Below, piece after piece: positions 40,978 through 52,336 of a stretch of DNA of 64,000 nucleotides. The translations under genes were made by a program, and so were the position numbers. The notes beneath the pieces were generated by a model. It was given only the letters and a program-made list of their open reading frames with translations, did no database searches and had not been told where the DNA came from. The number at the start of each line of letters is the position of its first letter. The stretch's first letter is position 1. Source of the DNA: Acinetobacter phage Mokit; the sequence record MW388002.1, one strand, 5' to 3'.

Positions 40978-41469
40978 ATGGAACTTACAGATTTACTCAG
41001 AGCATTTGAGTCTGGTGACTTTGCACGCCCAAACTTATTTGAAGTTGAAATTCCTTTCTTAGGCAAGAATTTTAGTTTCAAATGTAAAGCTGCTGCAATG
41101 CCTCCTGCAAACGTAGACAAAATTGCAGTTGGCTTCCAAAACAGAAAATTGCATGTTGCTGGTGATAGAACATTTGATGATTGGTCGGTAACGATTTATT
41201 CAGATGATAAGCATGAAACTCGTCAGGCTATCCTTGATTGGCAAAATCTATGTCATGGTCAAGGAGCAGAAATTAGTGGTGCTACACCTGCTGATTACAA
41301 AAAGACAGCAGTTATTCGCCAATTTGGACGCGATGGCAAAACCATTACCAAAGAGCATACCATTTATGGGCTGTGGCCTACTATTGTAGGCGAAGTGCAA
41401 CTTGACTGGGATACAAACTCAGAAGTAGAAACATTTGAAACTACATTTGCATTAGATTATTGGCTATAA
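40978..41469 (+). CDS. 19: tail tube protein gp19
   Basis: 163 aa; synteny. Confidence 0.8.
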   Translation: MELTDLLRAFESGDFARPNLFEVEIPFLGKNFSFKCKAAAMPPANVDKIAVGFQNRKLHVAGDRTFDDWSVTIYSDDKHETRQAILDWQNLCHGQGAEISGATPADYKKTAVIRQFGRDGKTITKEHTIYGLWPTIVGEVQLDWDTNSEVETFETTFALDYWL

Positions 41470-41485
41470 GTGAAAATCCGATTGG

Positions 41486-41493
41486 TATAAATA
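41486..41493 (+). promoter_or_regulatory. late promoter TATAAATA upstream of gene 20
   Basis: Exact 8-mer in the loop of the inverted repeat CCGATTG/CAATCGG (41478-41510). Confidence 0.6.
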
Positions 41494-41530
41494 ACTTTAT
41501 ATCAATCGGAACCACTCTGTAGGAGGATTT

Positions 41531-43084
41531 ATGCAAGATGTGAACGATTTGAAAATGTTCGCCTTTTGGCAAAAAGTTGACACCACAGAATACGATCAGA
41601 TTATTAACGATAAAGCAGAGTCTATCACCGCTCCAAAATTTGATGATGGCGCTACAGAGATTGAATCATCTGACGCATCATACAATGGTGTATTTAGACA
41701 ATTATACGGTAATCAAGACCCTAATGTTACTTCGACAAAGGAATTGATTAACACTTATCGAAGCATGCTTAATAACTATGAAGTCGATAATGCCGTACAA
41801 GAAATTGTTTCAGATGCAATCGTGTATGAAGATGGCTATGATGTAGTATCTCTTGATTTAGAACAAACAAAATTTTCGCCTAATATTCGTGAAAAAATAT
41901 TTGAAGAATTTTCAGAAATTCTCAATATGCTTAATTTCCAGCGTAAAGGTTCTGATCATTTTAGACGTTGGTATGTAGATTCACGTATATTTTATCATAA
42001 GATTATTAATCCGTCACGCCCAAAGGATGGCATCATAGAGTTAAGGCGTTTAGATCCACGTCAAGTTCAGTTTATACGTGAAATTGAAACTGTTACGGAA
42101 AAAGGGGTCAAAGTAGTAAAAGGTTATAAAGAATATTTCATTTATGACACGCAAAATGACACATACAACTGCAATGGTAGACAATTTGCCGCAGGTTCTA
42201 AAGTTAGAATCCCGTATTCTGCAATGGTTTATGCTCATTCAGGGCTTGTGGATTGCTGTGGCAAAAACATTATCGGCTATTTGCATAGAGCAGTTAAACC
42301 AGCCAACCAGCTGAAATTGCTTGAAGATGCAATGATGATTTATCGTCTTACTCGCGCGCCCGATCGTCGTGTTTTTTATATTGATACAGGTAACATGCCG
42401 GCTCGCAAAGCAGCACAACATATGCAACACATTATGAATTCTCATCGAAATAGAATTTCATATGATGCATCTACAGGAAAAATTAAAAATCAGGCGAATA
42501 TGATGGCCCTCACCGAGGACTATTGGCTACAACGTCGTGATGGTAAAGCAGTTACCGAAGTTGATACATTGCCGGGCATGTCTGGTATGAATGAAATGGA
42601 TGACATTTTATACTTCCGTAAAGCACTGTACATGGCACTTCGGGTACCATTATCTCGAATACCCGATGAACAGTCTCAAAATGTGTTTGATATGAGCACA
42701 GCCATATCACGTGATGAGCTTAGATTTGATAAGTTCATTATGGAACTTCAACATAAGTTTGAAGAAATTTTCCTTAATCCACTCAAAAGTAATTTGCTTT
42801 TAAAACGCATTATTAGCGAAGACGAGTGGGAGAACGAAATAAATAATATTAAAGTTGTATTCCACAAAAATTCCTATTTCACTGAAATGAAAGAAATGGA
42901 AATTATGGAACGACGTGTCAATGCACTTAATTTAGTTGAACCTTATGTTGGCAAATATATTTCTAATCAAACTGCAATGAAACAATTCTTGCATATGACT
43001 GATGAAGAAATTGCGGCTGAGCGTAAAATTATTGACAAAGAGCTTAAAGATAAAGTATATAACCCACCAGACGAGGAATTATAA
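41531..43084 (+). CDS. 20: portal vertex protein gp20
   Basis: 517 aa; late promoter at 41486-41493. Confidence 0.85.
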   Translation: MQDVNDLKMFAFWQKVDTTEYDQIINDKAESITAPKFDDGATEIESSDASYNGVFRQLYGNQDPNVTSTKELINTYRSMLNNYEVDNAVQEIVSDAIVYEDGYDVVSLDLEQTKFSPNIREKIFEEFSEILNMLNFQRKGSDHFRRWYVDSRIFYHKIINPSRPKDGIIELRRLDPRQVQFIREIETVTEKGVKVVKGYKEYFIYDTQNDTYNCNGRQFAAGSKVRIPYSAMVYAHSGLVDCCGKNIIGYLHRAVKPANQLKLLEDAMMIYRLTRAPDRRVFYIDTGNMPARKAAQHMQHIMNSHRNRISYDASTGKIKNQANMMALTEDYWLQRRDGKAVTEVDTLPGMSGMNEMDDILYFRKALYMALRVPLSRIPDEQSQNVFDMSTAISRDELRFDKFIMELQHKFEEIFLNPLKSNLLLKRIISEDEWENEINNIKVVFHKNSYFTEMKEMEIMERRVNALNLVEPYVGKYISNQTAMKQFLHMTDEEIAAERKIIDKELKDKVYNPPDEEL

Positions 43085-43299
43085 TGGACGATATTATTCA
43101 AGCCATTGCTTCCAACGACCTAGTAAAATTTAAGCGTTGCTTTAATGAAGCTATGGCAACAAAAGTTGGAAAAGTCTTACAAGAAGAAAAACTACAAATT
43201 GCTAAATCTGTCATGATTGAAGGTGAAGAAGCTGCCCTTGATGATGAAGACGATGAAGATGAAGGCGATGACAATCCTGAGCCAGATGAGGACGACTAA
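43084..43299 (+). CDS. 67: prohead core protein gp67 with acidic tail
   Basis: 71 aa ending [19 protein letters not shown]; ATGA overlap with the gp20 stop. Confidence 0.6.
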   Translation: MDDIIQAIASNDLVKFKRCFNEAMATKVGKVLQEEKLQIAKSVMIEGEEAALDDEDDEDEGDDNPEPDEDD

Positions 43300-43727
43300 T
43301 GTTGATTATTGTTGAAAACGAATTAGTTTTTGATGATGTTTCAAATCTCCTTCCTGAAGCAACAAAACAATATGAACAGCTCTCAAAACTTTTTGAGAAA
43401 GACGAAATTGTTAAAATTGTTGAAAATTTAGGTAAAACAGAGCCAGAACTTGCAGTTGCAATTGGCTCTCTTGTAGAAGATGTACCTTTAAATGAATTCA
43501 TGGTAAAACATGTAAGTGCAAAAGGCGAACTCACAAAAACTAAAGATCGCAAAACACGTGAACGTAATGCGTATCAAACTACTGGGTTATCAAAATCTGA
43601 ACGGCGCCGTATTGCTCGCAAGGCGGTAAAAACAAAAAAAGCGAATCCTTCCGGTCAGATTCGAGCTCAAAAGAAAATTAAAAAAGCTCGTGCTAAACGC
43701 AAGAGTATGTATGGACTTAAACCATGA
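43299..43727 (+). CDS. 68: prohead core protein gp68
   Basis: 142 aa; basic C-terminus. Confidence 0.6.
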   Translation: MLIIVENELVFDDVSNLLPEATKQYEQLSKLFEKDEIVKIVENLGKTEPELAVAIGSLVEDVPLNEFMVKHVSAKGELTKTKDRKTRERNAYQTTGLSKSERRRIARKAVKTKKANPSGQIRAQKKIKKARAKRKSMYGLKP

Positions 43728-44371
43728 CTAATGAACCTCAATTGTTAATTGAGCATTGGGGCCAGGCAGCAGAAGTTACGGATGTTTTAACTAATCAGCT
43801 GGACGAGTCTTTAGGCAAAGGATTGCCACCAGGTTTGTATATTGAAGGTATCTTTCTTCAGGCAGATGTTGTCAACAGAAATAGAAGATACTATCCTAAG
43901 GCTGTTCTCGAAAAGGCTGTTGATAAGTACATCAAAGAACAAGTCAATACAAACCAGGCATTAGGCGAATTAAACCATCCGCCAAGAGCAAATGTCGACC
44001 CAATGCAGGCCGCCATTATTATCGAAGATATGTGGTGGAAAGGCAAAAATGTGATGGGACGTGCTAGAATTATTGAAGGCGACAATGGAGCCGGAGATAA
44101 ATTGGCAGCACTCATCAGATCAGGTTGGAAGCCTGGAGTATCAAGTCGAGGACTTGGTAATGTCAAAGATTCTGGACGTGGATATAATATCGTCCAAGAA
44201 GGATTCCGTCTAACAGTAGGTGTTGATGTTGTTTGGGGCCCTAGTGCGCCAGATGCATGGGTAAAACCGATGGAAATTACTGAAAGCGTAAATGAGGATG
44301 CAACTGTAGCAACAAATCAGAACGCTGATTCAGCATTCAAGAAATTAATTAGTAACTTGAGTGCGTTATAA
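43724..44371 (+). CDS. 21: prohead core protease gp21
   Basis: 215 aa; synteny. Confidence 0.8.
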   Translation: MTNEPQLLIEHWGQAAEVTDVLTNQLDESLGKGLPPGLYIEGIFLQADVVNRNRRYYPKAVLEKAVDKYIKEQVNTNQALGELNHPPRANVDPMQAAIIIEDMWWKGKNVMGRARIIEGDNGAGDKLAALIRSGWKPGVSSRGLGNVKDSGRGYNIVQEGFRLTVGVDVVWGPSAPDAWVKPMEITESVNEDATVATNQNADSAFKKLISNLSAL

Positions 44372-44374
44372 ATA
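44367..44374 (+). promoter_or_regulatory. late promoter TATAAATA upstream of gene 22
   Basis: Exact 8-mer ~28 nt upstream of ATG 44402. Confidence 0.6.
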
Positions 44375-44401
44375 AAATTATATTAAAAACAGGAAATCAA
44401 A

Positions 44402-45229
44402 ATGCTGAAAGATCAATTACTCAAGGAAGCTCAAGAAATTGAAGTTTCTGTAGAATTAGACGGTATTTTTGAATCAGTAGAACTTTCTGAAGAAATGCAA
44501 CAGAATTTTAAAACTGTATTCGAAACAGCCGTTAAAAAGAATGCTTCTGCGCTAGCTGAATCTCACATCTTAGCCATTGCTGAAAAGGCTGATGAACGTG
44601 TTAATGAAGAAGTTGAAGCACAAGTTAAAGCAGTTGAAACAAAACTAGTTGAAGCCGCTGACAAATTGTTTGAACATACAGCAAAAGAATGGTTAGCTGA
44701 AAACAAACTTGAAGTTAGTCGTGGTATTAAAGCCGACCTATTCGAATCAATGTTCGAAGGCCTTAAATCACTAGTTGTAGAACATAACATTGTACTTCCT
44801 GAAGAATCTGTTGACGTTGTTACTGAAATGGAAGAAGAACTTCAAGAACACAAAGAAGAAAATTCTAAGTTGTTTACTGCTTTGACCGAAACACAAGATG
44901 AATTAAAATCATTAAAACGTGAAGTTGCAGTAAATGAAGCTACTAGCGAATTGACTGAAAGCCAAAAAGAAAAAGTTCATAGCCTAATCGAAGGTCTTGA
45001 ATATGGCGATACATTCGAAAGTAAATTAGCTGCTATTGTTGAAATGGCTACTGCTACTAAGACTCCTGCGCCGATTGTTGAAAGCGTTGAAGGACGTTCA
45101 GAACCCGAAATAAATAATACTAACAATGATGCATCTGGTTTGAATTACATTGCTGAAGAACACCCAGCCGAAGAACCTGCACCAAATGCAAAAATCAACT
45201 CTTATGTAGCAGCTGCAAAACGCTTCTAA
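44402..45229 (+). CDS. 22: prohead core scaffold gp22
   Basis: 275 aa, Glu/Ala-rich coiled coil; late promoter at 44367-44374. Confidence 0.7.
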   Translation: MLKDQLLKEAQEIEVSVELDGIFESVELSEEMQQNFKTVFETAVKKNASALAESHILAIAEKADERVNEEVEAQVKAVETKLVEAADKLFEHTAKEWLAENKLEVSRGIKADLFESMFEGLKSLVVEHNIVLPEESVDVVTEMEEELQEHKEENSKLFTALTETQDELKSLKREVAVNEATSELTESQKEKVHSLIEGLEYGDTFESKLAAIVEMATATKTPAPIVESVEGRSEPEINNTNNDASGLNYIAEEHPAEEPAPNAKINSYVAAAKRF

Positions 45230-45255
45230 TAAAATTTCCACAAAGGTAATAAAAC

Positions 45256-46836
45256 ATGTCTCAATTCAAACAAAAAACTAAAGAACAATTACTAGAAACT
45301 TGGGGAGATTTCCTCACAGCTGAAGGCCTTCCGGTAATTGACGAAAGCCGCCACGTAGTAATGGCAAAGATCTTTGAGAACCAAGAGCAAGATTTCCTTA
45401 CTGGCACAGAATACCGTGATCCCGAAATCGTTAAAGCATTCTCTGGATTCTTGACTGAAGCAGAAATTGGTGGTGACCATGGTTACGATGCAACAAATAT
45501 TGCTGCTGGTCAAACATCAGGTGCTGTAACTCAAATCGGTCCTGCTGTAATGGGTATGGTACGTCGTGCAATTCCTAACTTAATCGCATTTGATATTTGT
45601 GGTGTACAGCCTTTAAACGGTCCTACAGGCCAAATCTTCTCGTTACGCTCAGTATATGGTAAAGATCCATTAGCTGCTGGTGCTAAAGAAGCTTTCCACC
45701 CAATGCTATCTCCGGATACAATGCATTCAGGTCAAGGCGCTGCTGAAGCATTCCCAGTTGCTGCAGCAGGTGATGTACTTGCAATCGGTGACATTCGTCG
45801 TCATGACTTTGCTGATACCGGCCGTGTATACATTCAAGCAGTTAAAGCAGTAACAGTTGATGCAGATGCAACGACTCCTGAATTGTTAGACATCGAAGTT
45901 AAAAAACTAATGGAAGCAGGTACAATTGCCGAAATTGGTGAAGGTATGGCTACTTCGGTTGCTGAACTTCAAGAAGGTTTCAATGGTTCACAAAATAACC
46001 CTTGGAACGAAATGGGTTTCCGTATCGACAAACAATCAGTTGAAGTTAAATCTCGTCAATTAAAAGCTCAATACTCAATCGAACTTGCACAAGATTTGAA
46101 AGCTGTTCACGGTATGGATGCTGACGCTGAATTAGCTGGTATCCTTGCAACAGAAATTATGCTTGAAATCAACCGTGAAATCGTTGATTGGATCAACTTC
46201 TCAGCACAAGTTGGTAAAACTGGCTTCACACAAACAAGTGGTTCTAAAGCAGGTGTATTTGACTTCCAAGATCCGATCGATGTTAAAGGTGCACGTTGGG
46301 CTGGTGAAGCTTACAAAGCGTTGTTAATCCAAATCGATAAAGAAGCTTCAGAAATTGCTCGTCAAACTGGTCGTGGTATTGGTAACTTCATTATCGCTTC
46401 TCGTAACGTTGTAATGGCTCTTGCTCAAGTTGATGAACGTGTTAGCCCTGCCGCTCAAGGTCTTGCATCTGGCATGAACTATGACACAACTAAAGCAACA
46501 TTTGCTGGTGTACTTGGTGGTCGTTACCGTGTATATATTGACCAATATGCTCGTCAAGACTACTTCACAGTTGGTTTTAAAGGTTCAAGCGAATTGGATG
46601 CTGGTATTTACTACAGCCCATACGTTCCATTAACTCCATTACGTGGTTCTGATCCGAAAAACTTCCAACCAGTAATGGGCTTCAAAACTCGTTATGCAGT
46701 TGGTATCAACCCATTTGCAGATACATCAGCTCAAGCTCCTGCAGGTAATCGTCGTATTAGCAATGGTATGCCGACTATCGAGAATTCAGCTGGTAAAAAT
46801 GGTTACTTCCGCAAAGTTTTCGTTAAAGGAATCTAA
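45256..46836 (+). CDS. 23: major capsid protein gp23
   Basis: Blocks LTEAEIGGDHGY.ATNIAAGQTSGAVTQIGPAVMGMVRRAIPNLIAFDICGVQP and YYSPYVPLTPLRGSDPKNFQPVMGFKTRY match T4 gp23. Strong terminator at 46863-46885. Confidence 0.9.
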   Translation: MSQFKQKTKEQLLETWGDFLTAEGLPVIDESRHVVMAKIFENQEQDFLTGTEYRDPEIVKAFSGFLTEAEIGGDHGYDATNIAAGQTSGAVTQIGPAVMGMVRRAIPNLIAFDICGVQPLNGPTGQIFSLRSVYGKDPLAAGAKEAFHPMLSPDTMHSGQGAAEAFPVAAAGDVLAIGDIRRHDFADTGRVYIQAVKAVTVDADATTPELLDIEVKKLMEAGTIAEIGEGMATSVAELQEGFNGSQNNPWNEMGFRIDKQSVEVKSRQLKAQYSIELAQDLKAVHGMDADAELAGILATEIMLEINREIVDWINFSAQVGKTGFTQTSGSKAGVFDFQDPIDVKGARWAGEAYKALLIQIDKEASEIARQTGRGIGNFIIASRNVVMALAQVDERVSPAAQGLASGMNYDTTKATFAGVLGGRYRVYIDQYARQDYFTVGFKGSSELDAGIYYSPYVPLTPLRGSDPKNFQPVMGFKTRYAVGINPFADTSAQAPAGNRRISNGMPTIENSAGKNGYFRKVFVKGI

Positions 46837-46862
46837 GGTTCCTTTAACCTTAACTTAAAAAG

Positions 46863-46885
46863 AAAGGAGTCTCATATGACTCCTT
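46863..46885 (+). terminator. intrinsic terminator AAAGGAGTCTCATATGACTCCTTTTTT after gene 23
   Basis: 9-bp stem plus T6. Confidence 0.7.
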
Positions 46886-46902
46886 TTTTATTGATCTCTG
46901 AA

Positions 46903-46910
46903 TATAAATA
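46903..46910 (+). promoter_or_regulatory. late promoter TATAAATA upstream of gene 24
   Basis: Exact 8-mer between the gp23 terminator and ATG 46957. Confidence 0.6.
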
Positions 46911-46956
46911 TTATAGAAAAATCAATAATGGTAAGTGGTCTATATAGGAAAACAAC

Positions 46957-48225
46957 ATGAAATATATCGATAAAATTATTCGAGAGTCTACAACATCGCA
47001 AGATAATGTCGATTCTAGACCTTCGCTTTTAGCATTAACAAGAGCTACAACAAATTTAGTTTATCACGATTTAGTCGCTACACAATATACAGATCAGCCT
47101 ATTGCCGCTTTATATGGTGTAAAATATTTGAATCCTAATAAAGAATTAACATTTGTTACAGGTGCAACTTATTCAGGTGCAATCGGCACAGAAGATAGAA
47201 AAACCATGCCTGAGTTGACTGGAGCTACTCCTATGTCAAAAGGCACTTTATTCAAGTATACCGATGTCGTCTTCAAGGCACTAGTAGATAATCCTTTTGC
47301 TGGAACTACAGAAACAGACGTATTTGATATTTTATCAGAAGCGGTTGCGGCAAACAATGTCAGAATGGTTCCAGAAGCCGCAGATACCGCCAAATTTGAA
47401 GGAGTAGAATCCGACATCGCTGAAGCGTCATTTGAAATTAATAAATGGCAAGCTCCAGTAAAATCTAGAAAATTTAAAGCTGAATTAACGGTTGAACTTG
47501 CGCAAGATATGGAAGCATCAGGATTTGATGCACCTGAAACCATTGAGGATTTACTTGCCACTCAAATGGCAGAAGAAATCAACAAAGACATTTTACAATC
47601 ATTGGTAACAGTATCATCAAGATTTAAAGTGAAAGGTGTTTCTGATAAAGGAGTTTTAGATTTATCTGATCCTAATATCCCTTCAACAACACAAGGTCGT
47701 GAGTTATACCGCTTCATCTGCGAAATGAATGCTCAAATTCAAAGACAAACTTCATATTCAGCCACTTATGTTGTAGCAAGCTCTAGAGTTGCAGCACTGT
47801 TAACGGCTTCAGGGTGGTTGAAAAAAGAAGATGACCAACCTTACGCATCTGCAGGAATTCTTAATAATGGTTTAGTACTTTATTGCGACAACAATAGCCC
47901 AGTTGAATATGTTGTTGTTGGAGTTAAAGCTGAATACGGTGATAATGAAATGGTAGGATCTTTGTTCTATGCTCCATACGCCGAAGGTTTTAATAAAGAA
48001 GCTGATCCTACTGACCACATTGGAATGTATAAAGTTATCAATGATTCTAGCAGCTTACAACCACGAGTTGCTCTATTGGTAAGATATGCTCTGTGCGTAA
48101 ATCCATACACAGTAGGTTTAAATGATCAAGAAGCTCGAGTTGTTGATGCGAGCGACATGGATCAATTCGCAGGTCAAAGTAAAATGTCAGTTTTATTAGG
48201 TTTAAAATTGCCTAAGTTGGTATAA
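46957..48225 (+). CDS. 24: head vertex protein gp24 (gp23 paralogue)
   Basis: 422 aa, near the ~430 aa I recall for T4 gp24; late promoter at 46903-46910. Confidence 0.8.
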   Translation: MKYIDKIIRESTTSQDNVDSRPSLLALTRATTNLVYHDLVATQYTDQPIAALYGVKYLNPNKELTFVTGATYSGAIGTEDRKTMPELTGATPMSKGTLFKYTDVVFKALVDNPFAGTTETDVFDILSEAVAANNVRMVPEAADTAKFEGVESDIAEASFEINKWQAPVKSRKFKAELTVELAQDMEASGFDAPETIEDLLATQMAEEINKDILQSLVTVSSRFKVKGVSDKGVLDLSDPNIPSTTQGRELYRFICEMNAQIQRQTSYSATYVVASSRVAALLTASGWLKKEDDQPYASAGILNNGLVLYCDNNSPVEYVVVGVKAEYGDNEMVGSLFYAPYAEGFNKEADPTDHIGMYKVINDSSSLQPRVALLVRYALCVNPYTVGLNDQEARVVDASDMDQFAGQSKMSVLLGLKLPKLV

Positions 48226-48243
48226 TATAAAAATTAAACACAA

Positions 48244-48268
48244 AAGGGACTCATATGAGTCCCTTTTT
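48244..48268. terminator. bidirectional terminator AAAGGGACTCATATGAGTCCCTTTTT between convergent genes 24 and hoc
   Basis: 10-bp stem, A run before, T run after. Confidence 0.7.
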
Positions 48269-48280
48269 AAGGTTTTGATA

Positions 48281-51200
48281 TTAGTAAATTATTCCAATAT
48301 CGATTTGATTCTTTGTGATAATCCAACCGTGTCTAGATTCTTGAATTTCGACATTAGGATAATCTTGAATCATTTTAGCAATTGTCAATAATTCACAGGC
48401 ATATTTTAATCCATTAGCTTCAGGATTTTTCCAATCTATTCCTTTGGCAACAGCTTCCTGTAATTCATCCAATACCCAATATCCACACCAAATAAATGAT
48501 GAGTCTCTTGAATCAAGTGGATGAATGTGTCTAATACAATCGCCTTCGATTGGAGGACTCGCAACTGAAATCTCTACACTAAGTTCAATAACTCTATCCA
48601 AATAATCAGGATGCTTAAATGTTACTGTAACACTAGATGTAGATTTTCCTGGAGCAGTAGGAGTAACTGATACCGCCTGTGTAGTAGCTCCATTGTTCCA
48701 AAGATATGTTATCGAAGTCCCATCAACAGATGTCATCGCATCAACTGTAGCTTCATAAGATTCACCCAAAGTAATAGATTCTTTATCAACTGATATATTA
48801 GCTACTCCTTGTACAACAATCTTCTCAACTTTGATTTTGACACCATTTGATGAAACAATCGCTTCATCATAATCTGGATGAGTTGCAGTAACCACACAAT
48901 TTAGTGTATAGTCGCCGGCCAAATGCTCAGATCTAGTAACAGTTTTTGAAGTTTCTCCTGTTGACCATTTATATGCAAATGTTGATCCATTTGGAGCATT
49001 TTTAACATCGACACTAACACTGAAGGATTCATCCTGCTTTACTGTTGTTTTAGTTGCACTAGCTTCAGCAGTAATACTCATTACCATTTTATTGGCAGTC
49101 ATTTCAACTTCTTTTGTCAGAACTACATTATCAGCACCCTCTGCTACAGTGGTAGAGGTTACTTTAATTTTATGTTTTCCTGCTACAGTTGGAGTATAAT
49201 CAAGGTAGTTTGTTGTCGAAGGATTTTTCGTTCCATCAACTTCCCACGCATATGTTGTGCTAGAATCTGCGGGTGCACCTTCTACTAAAGCTGTAAATCT
49301 TTGTGAGTCCTTTATTGTTACTACTGCGTCAGTAGGTAACAGACTTAATGTAATGGCCATTTCTCGTTTTTCCGTTGTTACGTTAAATTTTTCATCTAAT
49401 ATTAAATCTCCATCATAATCAGGATGGCTAAGTCGAGCTTTAGTAGAAATCTCATGTTGTCCTGGATTTACCGCTGCCACTGTGAATGAGTCCTTAATAT
49501 CAGAGAGTGATATAAATTTATCATCGATAAACCATGACACAGAATCAACAGATAATTGATCAAAATTTTCTACTAATTCTTTTCCTACTATTGAAGCGCT
49601 AACAATTAGATTTTCACCCCATTTCAGTAATGTCTTATTTGGAACTAAATCTAAACTAAGATTAGGCCAAGCCTTCCTATTAATATCAATTGTAGATTCA
49701 TGTGAACTCACAGGAGTATCATTAAATCCATCTTTCTTAACTATAGCGGATGCCGATATTGTATAGTTAAAATTTTCGGCTTTCATTGTTATCTCAGGAG
49801 ATGTCACAATTTTGCCATTTATTTTCCAAGTGATATTCTCAGTAGTTGCTCCATCAGGTAAATTAGTCCACTTAGGTTTAATCGTGAAAGTCTGATCCAA
49901 AGTTATATTAGTTGGAACAGTTTCAAAATCCAAAATGGGTGTAGGATCAATAGGATTGTCTAGCACCTCTAAAATAATATCAGATTCTGCTACAAGAGGA
50001 ACGGCATCCACATACATATCATCAGTAAATGTATGTCTAATTTTACCGACTAATTGTTTAGATTCATTCGGTAATGTATAAGAGAATTTTCCATTTACTG
50101 CTTCAACTACAGGATTGCCTTGGAAGTCAATAAGTTCATATTTACCCTTTTTAGATAAAGTTTCAATCTCTTGGGCATACTCTGCTGGGGTATCTTTTAT
50201 GTAATCCAATAAATTAATAACATCAAATTCAATAAGATTACCTTTGGCACCAGAGAAGTAGAAATTGTTTGAAGCTGTTAAGAATTTACCATCTACTCTA
50301 AAAATACCTTTAGCATTCCACTCAGGTTGTTTTCCAATAGTGACAGTTTTAGAAATCTCAAAATCTTGTTGTTCAAAATATGGATTCTCTTTTGATTTAC
50401 CTGATACTTTAATCTCTACCGTTTTACCGCATAAAGAAGGTTCGATATATTCCATTGAATAAAAATTAGGAGTAGTTGGAATTCCTGAGAAAACTTCTAC
50501 ACCGTCTATAGTTACTTTTGCGACATCCTTATCTGAAATTTCAAATGGATAATTTTTATAATCAGGAACACCAGAATATGTACCGTTTACACCAATGCTT
50601 TCACCTGATCCGTGACCCCAATACATTTTTTCAAAGTAATATAGGCCAACGATTTCAGCTGAATGTGGCGCAGCAATCATCTTAACAAATTCAATTGGAA
50701 CTTCAGGTGATGTTACAGTAACACCTTCATAGTCATCAGATTTAACGGATACTATGCACTTGACGTTATATGTGCCAACTTCTTTCCTAGTAAAAATTAG
50801 ATCCTTTTCACTTCCGGCGTGGTCACCATTAACAGACCAATCATAAGATATAGATACTCCCGCAGGTGCTCCAGTTACATTGGCAGTAAAATTAGCAGAT
50901 GAAGTGATCTCTGCTGAAGGAGAACTTGAATTTACAGTTACTGAAATTCCATCCATTGTACTTTTTACACTGTTTACTACAGTTTCATCAGTTATAACAA
51001 TAGTTTCGGAACCTTTGGTAACAGTAACTTCAACTTTAAATGTATCAGTTCCCACTTTCTCATATGGATATGTTACAGGTTTATCTTCAGAAAATAACAC
51101 TCCATTTTTATACCATTTTTGAGTGGCAGTATAAGGTAATGCAACACCAGTAACAGTATAATCTAATACGGCAGATTGACCTATACTAATAGTAACATTA

Positions 51201-51559
51201 CGTGGAGAAATAGATACTTTTCCTCGCAAAGGTTCATATACAGTAAAGGTCTCTGAAATATTTCTAGAAATATCATAGTTACCAGAATCTTTTGCATAGA
51301 TTTGATAATCTACTCTCCATTTACCTAATTCATCTAAAACAGGAGATTCTCTGAAAACAGTCTCTCCACTGGAATCATCATTATTAATTGTAAGAGACAT
51401 ACTAGTTCTCTTACCAGAAGGCGAATAATACGCCTGAACAACTTGGTTCACCGAATCGCCGTAATATTTATTCCAAGAGACTTTAGTATTAGCAGTTTTG
51501 CCTTGGGCTATCCTTTTATCTTCAGGTAACCCAACAATTTTTAAATATGATAATGACAT
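48281..51559 (-). CDS. hoc: giant Hoc-like outer capsid decoration protein (1092 aa) with many Ig-like repeat modules
   Basis: Minus-strand gene directly after gene 24, where T4 hoc sits. Repetitive ~90-aa beta-rich modules (e.g. TVT...Y.W.V.G, KWY.NG, TYNVKCIV). The C-terminal ~100 aa (IEGDCIRHIHPLDSRDSSFIWCGYWVLDE...) is distinct and could be a capsid-binding domain. Confidence 0.5.
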   Translation of the reverse strand: MSLSYLKIVGLPEDKRIAQGKTANTKVSWNKYYGDSVNQVVQAYYSPSGKRTSMSLTINNDDSSGETVFRESPVLDELGKWRVDYQIYAKDSGNYDISRNISETFTVYEPLRGKVSISPRNVTISIGQSAVLDYTVTGVALPYTATQKWYKNGVLFSEDKPVTYPYEKVGTDTFKVEVTVTKGSETIVITDETVVNSVKSTMDGISVTVNSSSPSAEITSSANFTANVTGAPAGVSISYDWSVNGDHAGSEKDLIFTRKEVGTYNVKCIVSVKSDDYEGVTVTSPEVPIEFVKMIAAPHSAEIVGLYYFEKMYWGHGSGESIGVNGTYSGVPDYKNYPFEISDKDVAKVTIDGVEVFSGIPTTPNFYSMEYIEPSLCGKTVEIKVSGKSKENPYFEQQDFEISKTVTIGKQPEWNAKGIFRVDGKFLTASNNFYFSGAKGNLIEFDVINLLDYIKDTPAEYAQEIETLSKKGKYELIDFQGNPVVEAVNGKFSYTLPNESKQLVGKIRHTFTDDMYVDAVPLVAESDIILEVLDNPIDPTPILDFETVPTNITLDQTFTIKPKWTNLPDGATTENITWKINGKIVTSPEITMKAENFNYTISASAIVKKDGFNDTPVSSHESTIDINRKAWPNLSLDLVPNKTLLKWGENLIVSASIVGKELVENFDQLSVDSVSWFIDDKFISLSDIKDSFTVAAVNPGQHEISTKARLSHPDYDGDLILDEKFNVTTEKREMAITLSLLPTDAVVTIKDSQRFTALVEGAPADSSTTYAWEVDGTKNPSTTNYLDYTPTVAGKHKIKVTSTTVAEGADNVVLTKEVEMTANKMVMSITAEASATKTTVKQDESFSVSVDVKNAPNGSTFAYKWSTGETSKTVTRSEHLAGDYTLNCVVTATHPDYDEAIVSSNGVKIKVEKIVVQGVANISVDKESITLGESYEATVDAMTSVDGTSITYLWNNGATTQAVSVTPTAPGKSTSSVTVTFKHPDYLDRVIELSVEISVASPPIEGDCIRHIHPLDSRDSSFIWCGYWVLDELQEAVAKGIDWKNPEANGLKYACELLTIAKMIQDYPNVEIQESRHGWIITKNQIDIGIIY

Positions 51560-51584
51560 TTAATTCCTCTGATTAAATAATGTG

Positions 51585-52256
51585 TTACTCTAACACATGA
51601 AACTTCGAATTTCGAGTTTCGCGGATCATAACACTACCATCTCTATTAATGTAATAAATCAAACTATAGAGTGTATCCATACCGTAGTGATGCGGAAATT
51701 TTCCTGTATTTTCTTTCCAATCCGAGTTTTTTGTGATCCATTCATAAATCCACCAAGGTAATGTGCAGTACCCTGGAGATCTACCTAAGAGAGTTATCTT
51801 AGGAGAAAAGTTTTCAGGCAATTTAAATTTTTTGGATTTGACCTCAACTTCAGGCTCACTATTTTCAACTTTTAATTTTTCGGTAACATTAGATTCAATA
51901 TTAGCAGTAACAACTGATTCAACTACAACTTCTTTAATATCATCGACGATTTCCTCGATAGATAACATCTTAGACGCTGTTAAATTGAGATCAATATCAC
52001 CAGCAAATTGAATATTTTTTCCATTTTTTTGATCACTTGCAGTGATCAAATCTGAAATGGTAAATCCTTCATTATCATCAGGCATAGGCTCATTCGATAG
52101 CTCCAATAATTTATCAGAGAGATCTGATACCATATTGTCAAATGATTTAGTTTTCTTTACCGTAATTCCAAATGTTTCAGCATATTCAGCTAATTTCTCT
52201 TTCGCTTCTTTTCCGCCTAATTCTTTTAATTCTTTAATATATTCATTGTCGATCAT
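51585..52256 (-). CDS. hypothetical protein in the position of T4 inh
   Basis: 223 aa, similar in size to T4 Inh, directly between the hoc and uvsW homologues. No motif checked. Confidence 0.3.
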   Translation of the reverse strand: MIDNEYIKELKELGGKEAKEKLAEYAETFGITVKKTKSFDNMVSDLSDKLLELSNEPMPDDNEGFTISDLITASDQKNGKNIQFAGDIDLNLTASKMLSIEEIVDDIKEVVVESVVTANIESNVTEKLKVENSEPEVEVKSKKFKLPENFSPKITLLGRSPGYCTLPWWIYEWITKNSDWKENTGKFPHHYGMDTLYSLIYYINRDGSVMIRETRNSKFHVLE

Positions 52257-52299
52257 ATCGTCTTCCTATATAGGGTTAATTTATTTTATTTATAACACG

Positions 52300-52307
52300 T
52301 ATAAATA
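52300..52307 (+). promoter_or_regulatory. late promoter TATAAATA upstream of uvsW
   Basis: Exact 8-mer ~30 nt upstream of ATG 52337. Confidence 0.55.
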
Positions 52308-52336
52308 ACTTTATACTATTTGTGCAGGTAAATATC

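Noticed and set aside
47169-47561. Minus-strand ORFs antisense to structural genes (this one, and e.g. 38682-38966, 35735-36077, 44563-44790, 59511-59825)
   Set aside because: Ser/Ala-rich low-complexity translations embedded in strongly supported plus-strand structural genes. They look like frame artefacts of the AT-rich sequence.
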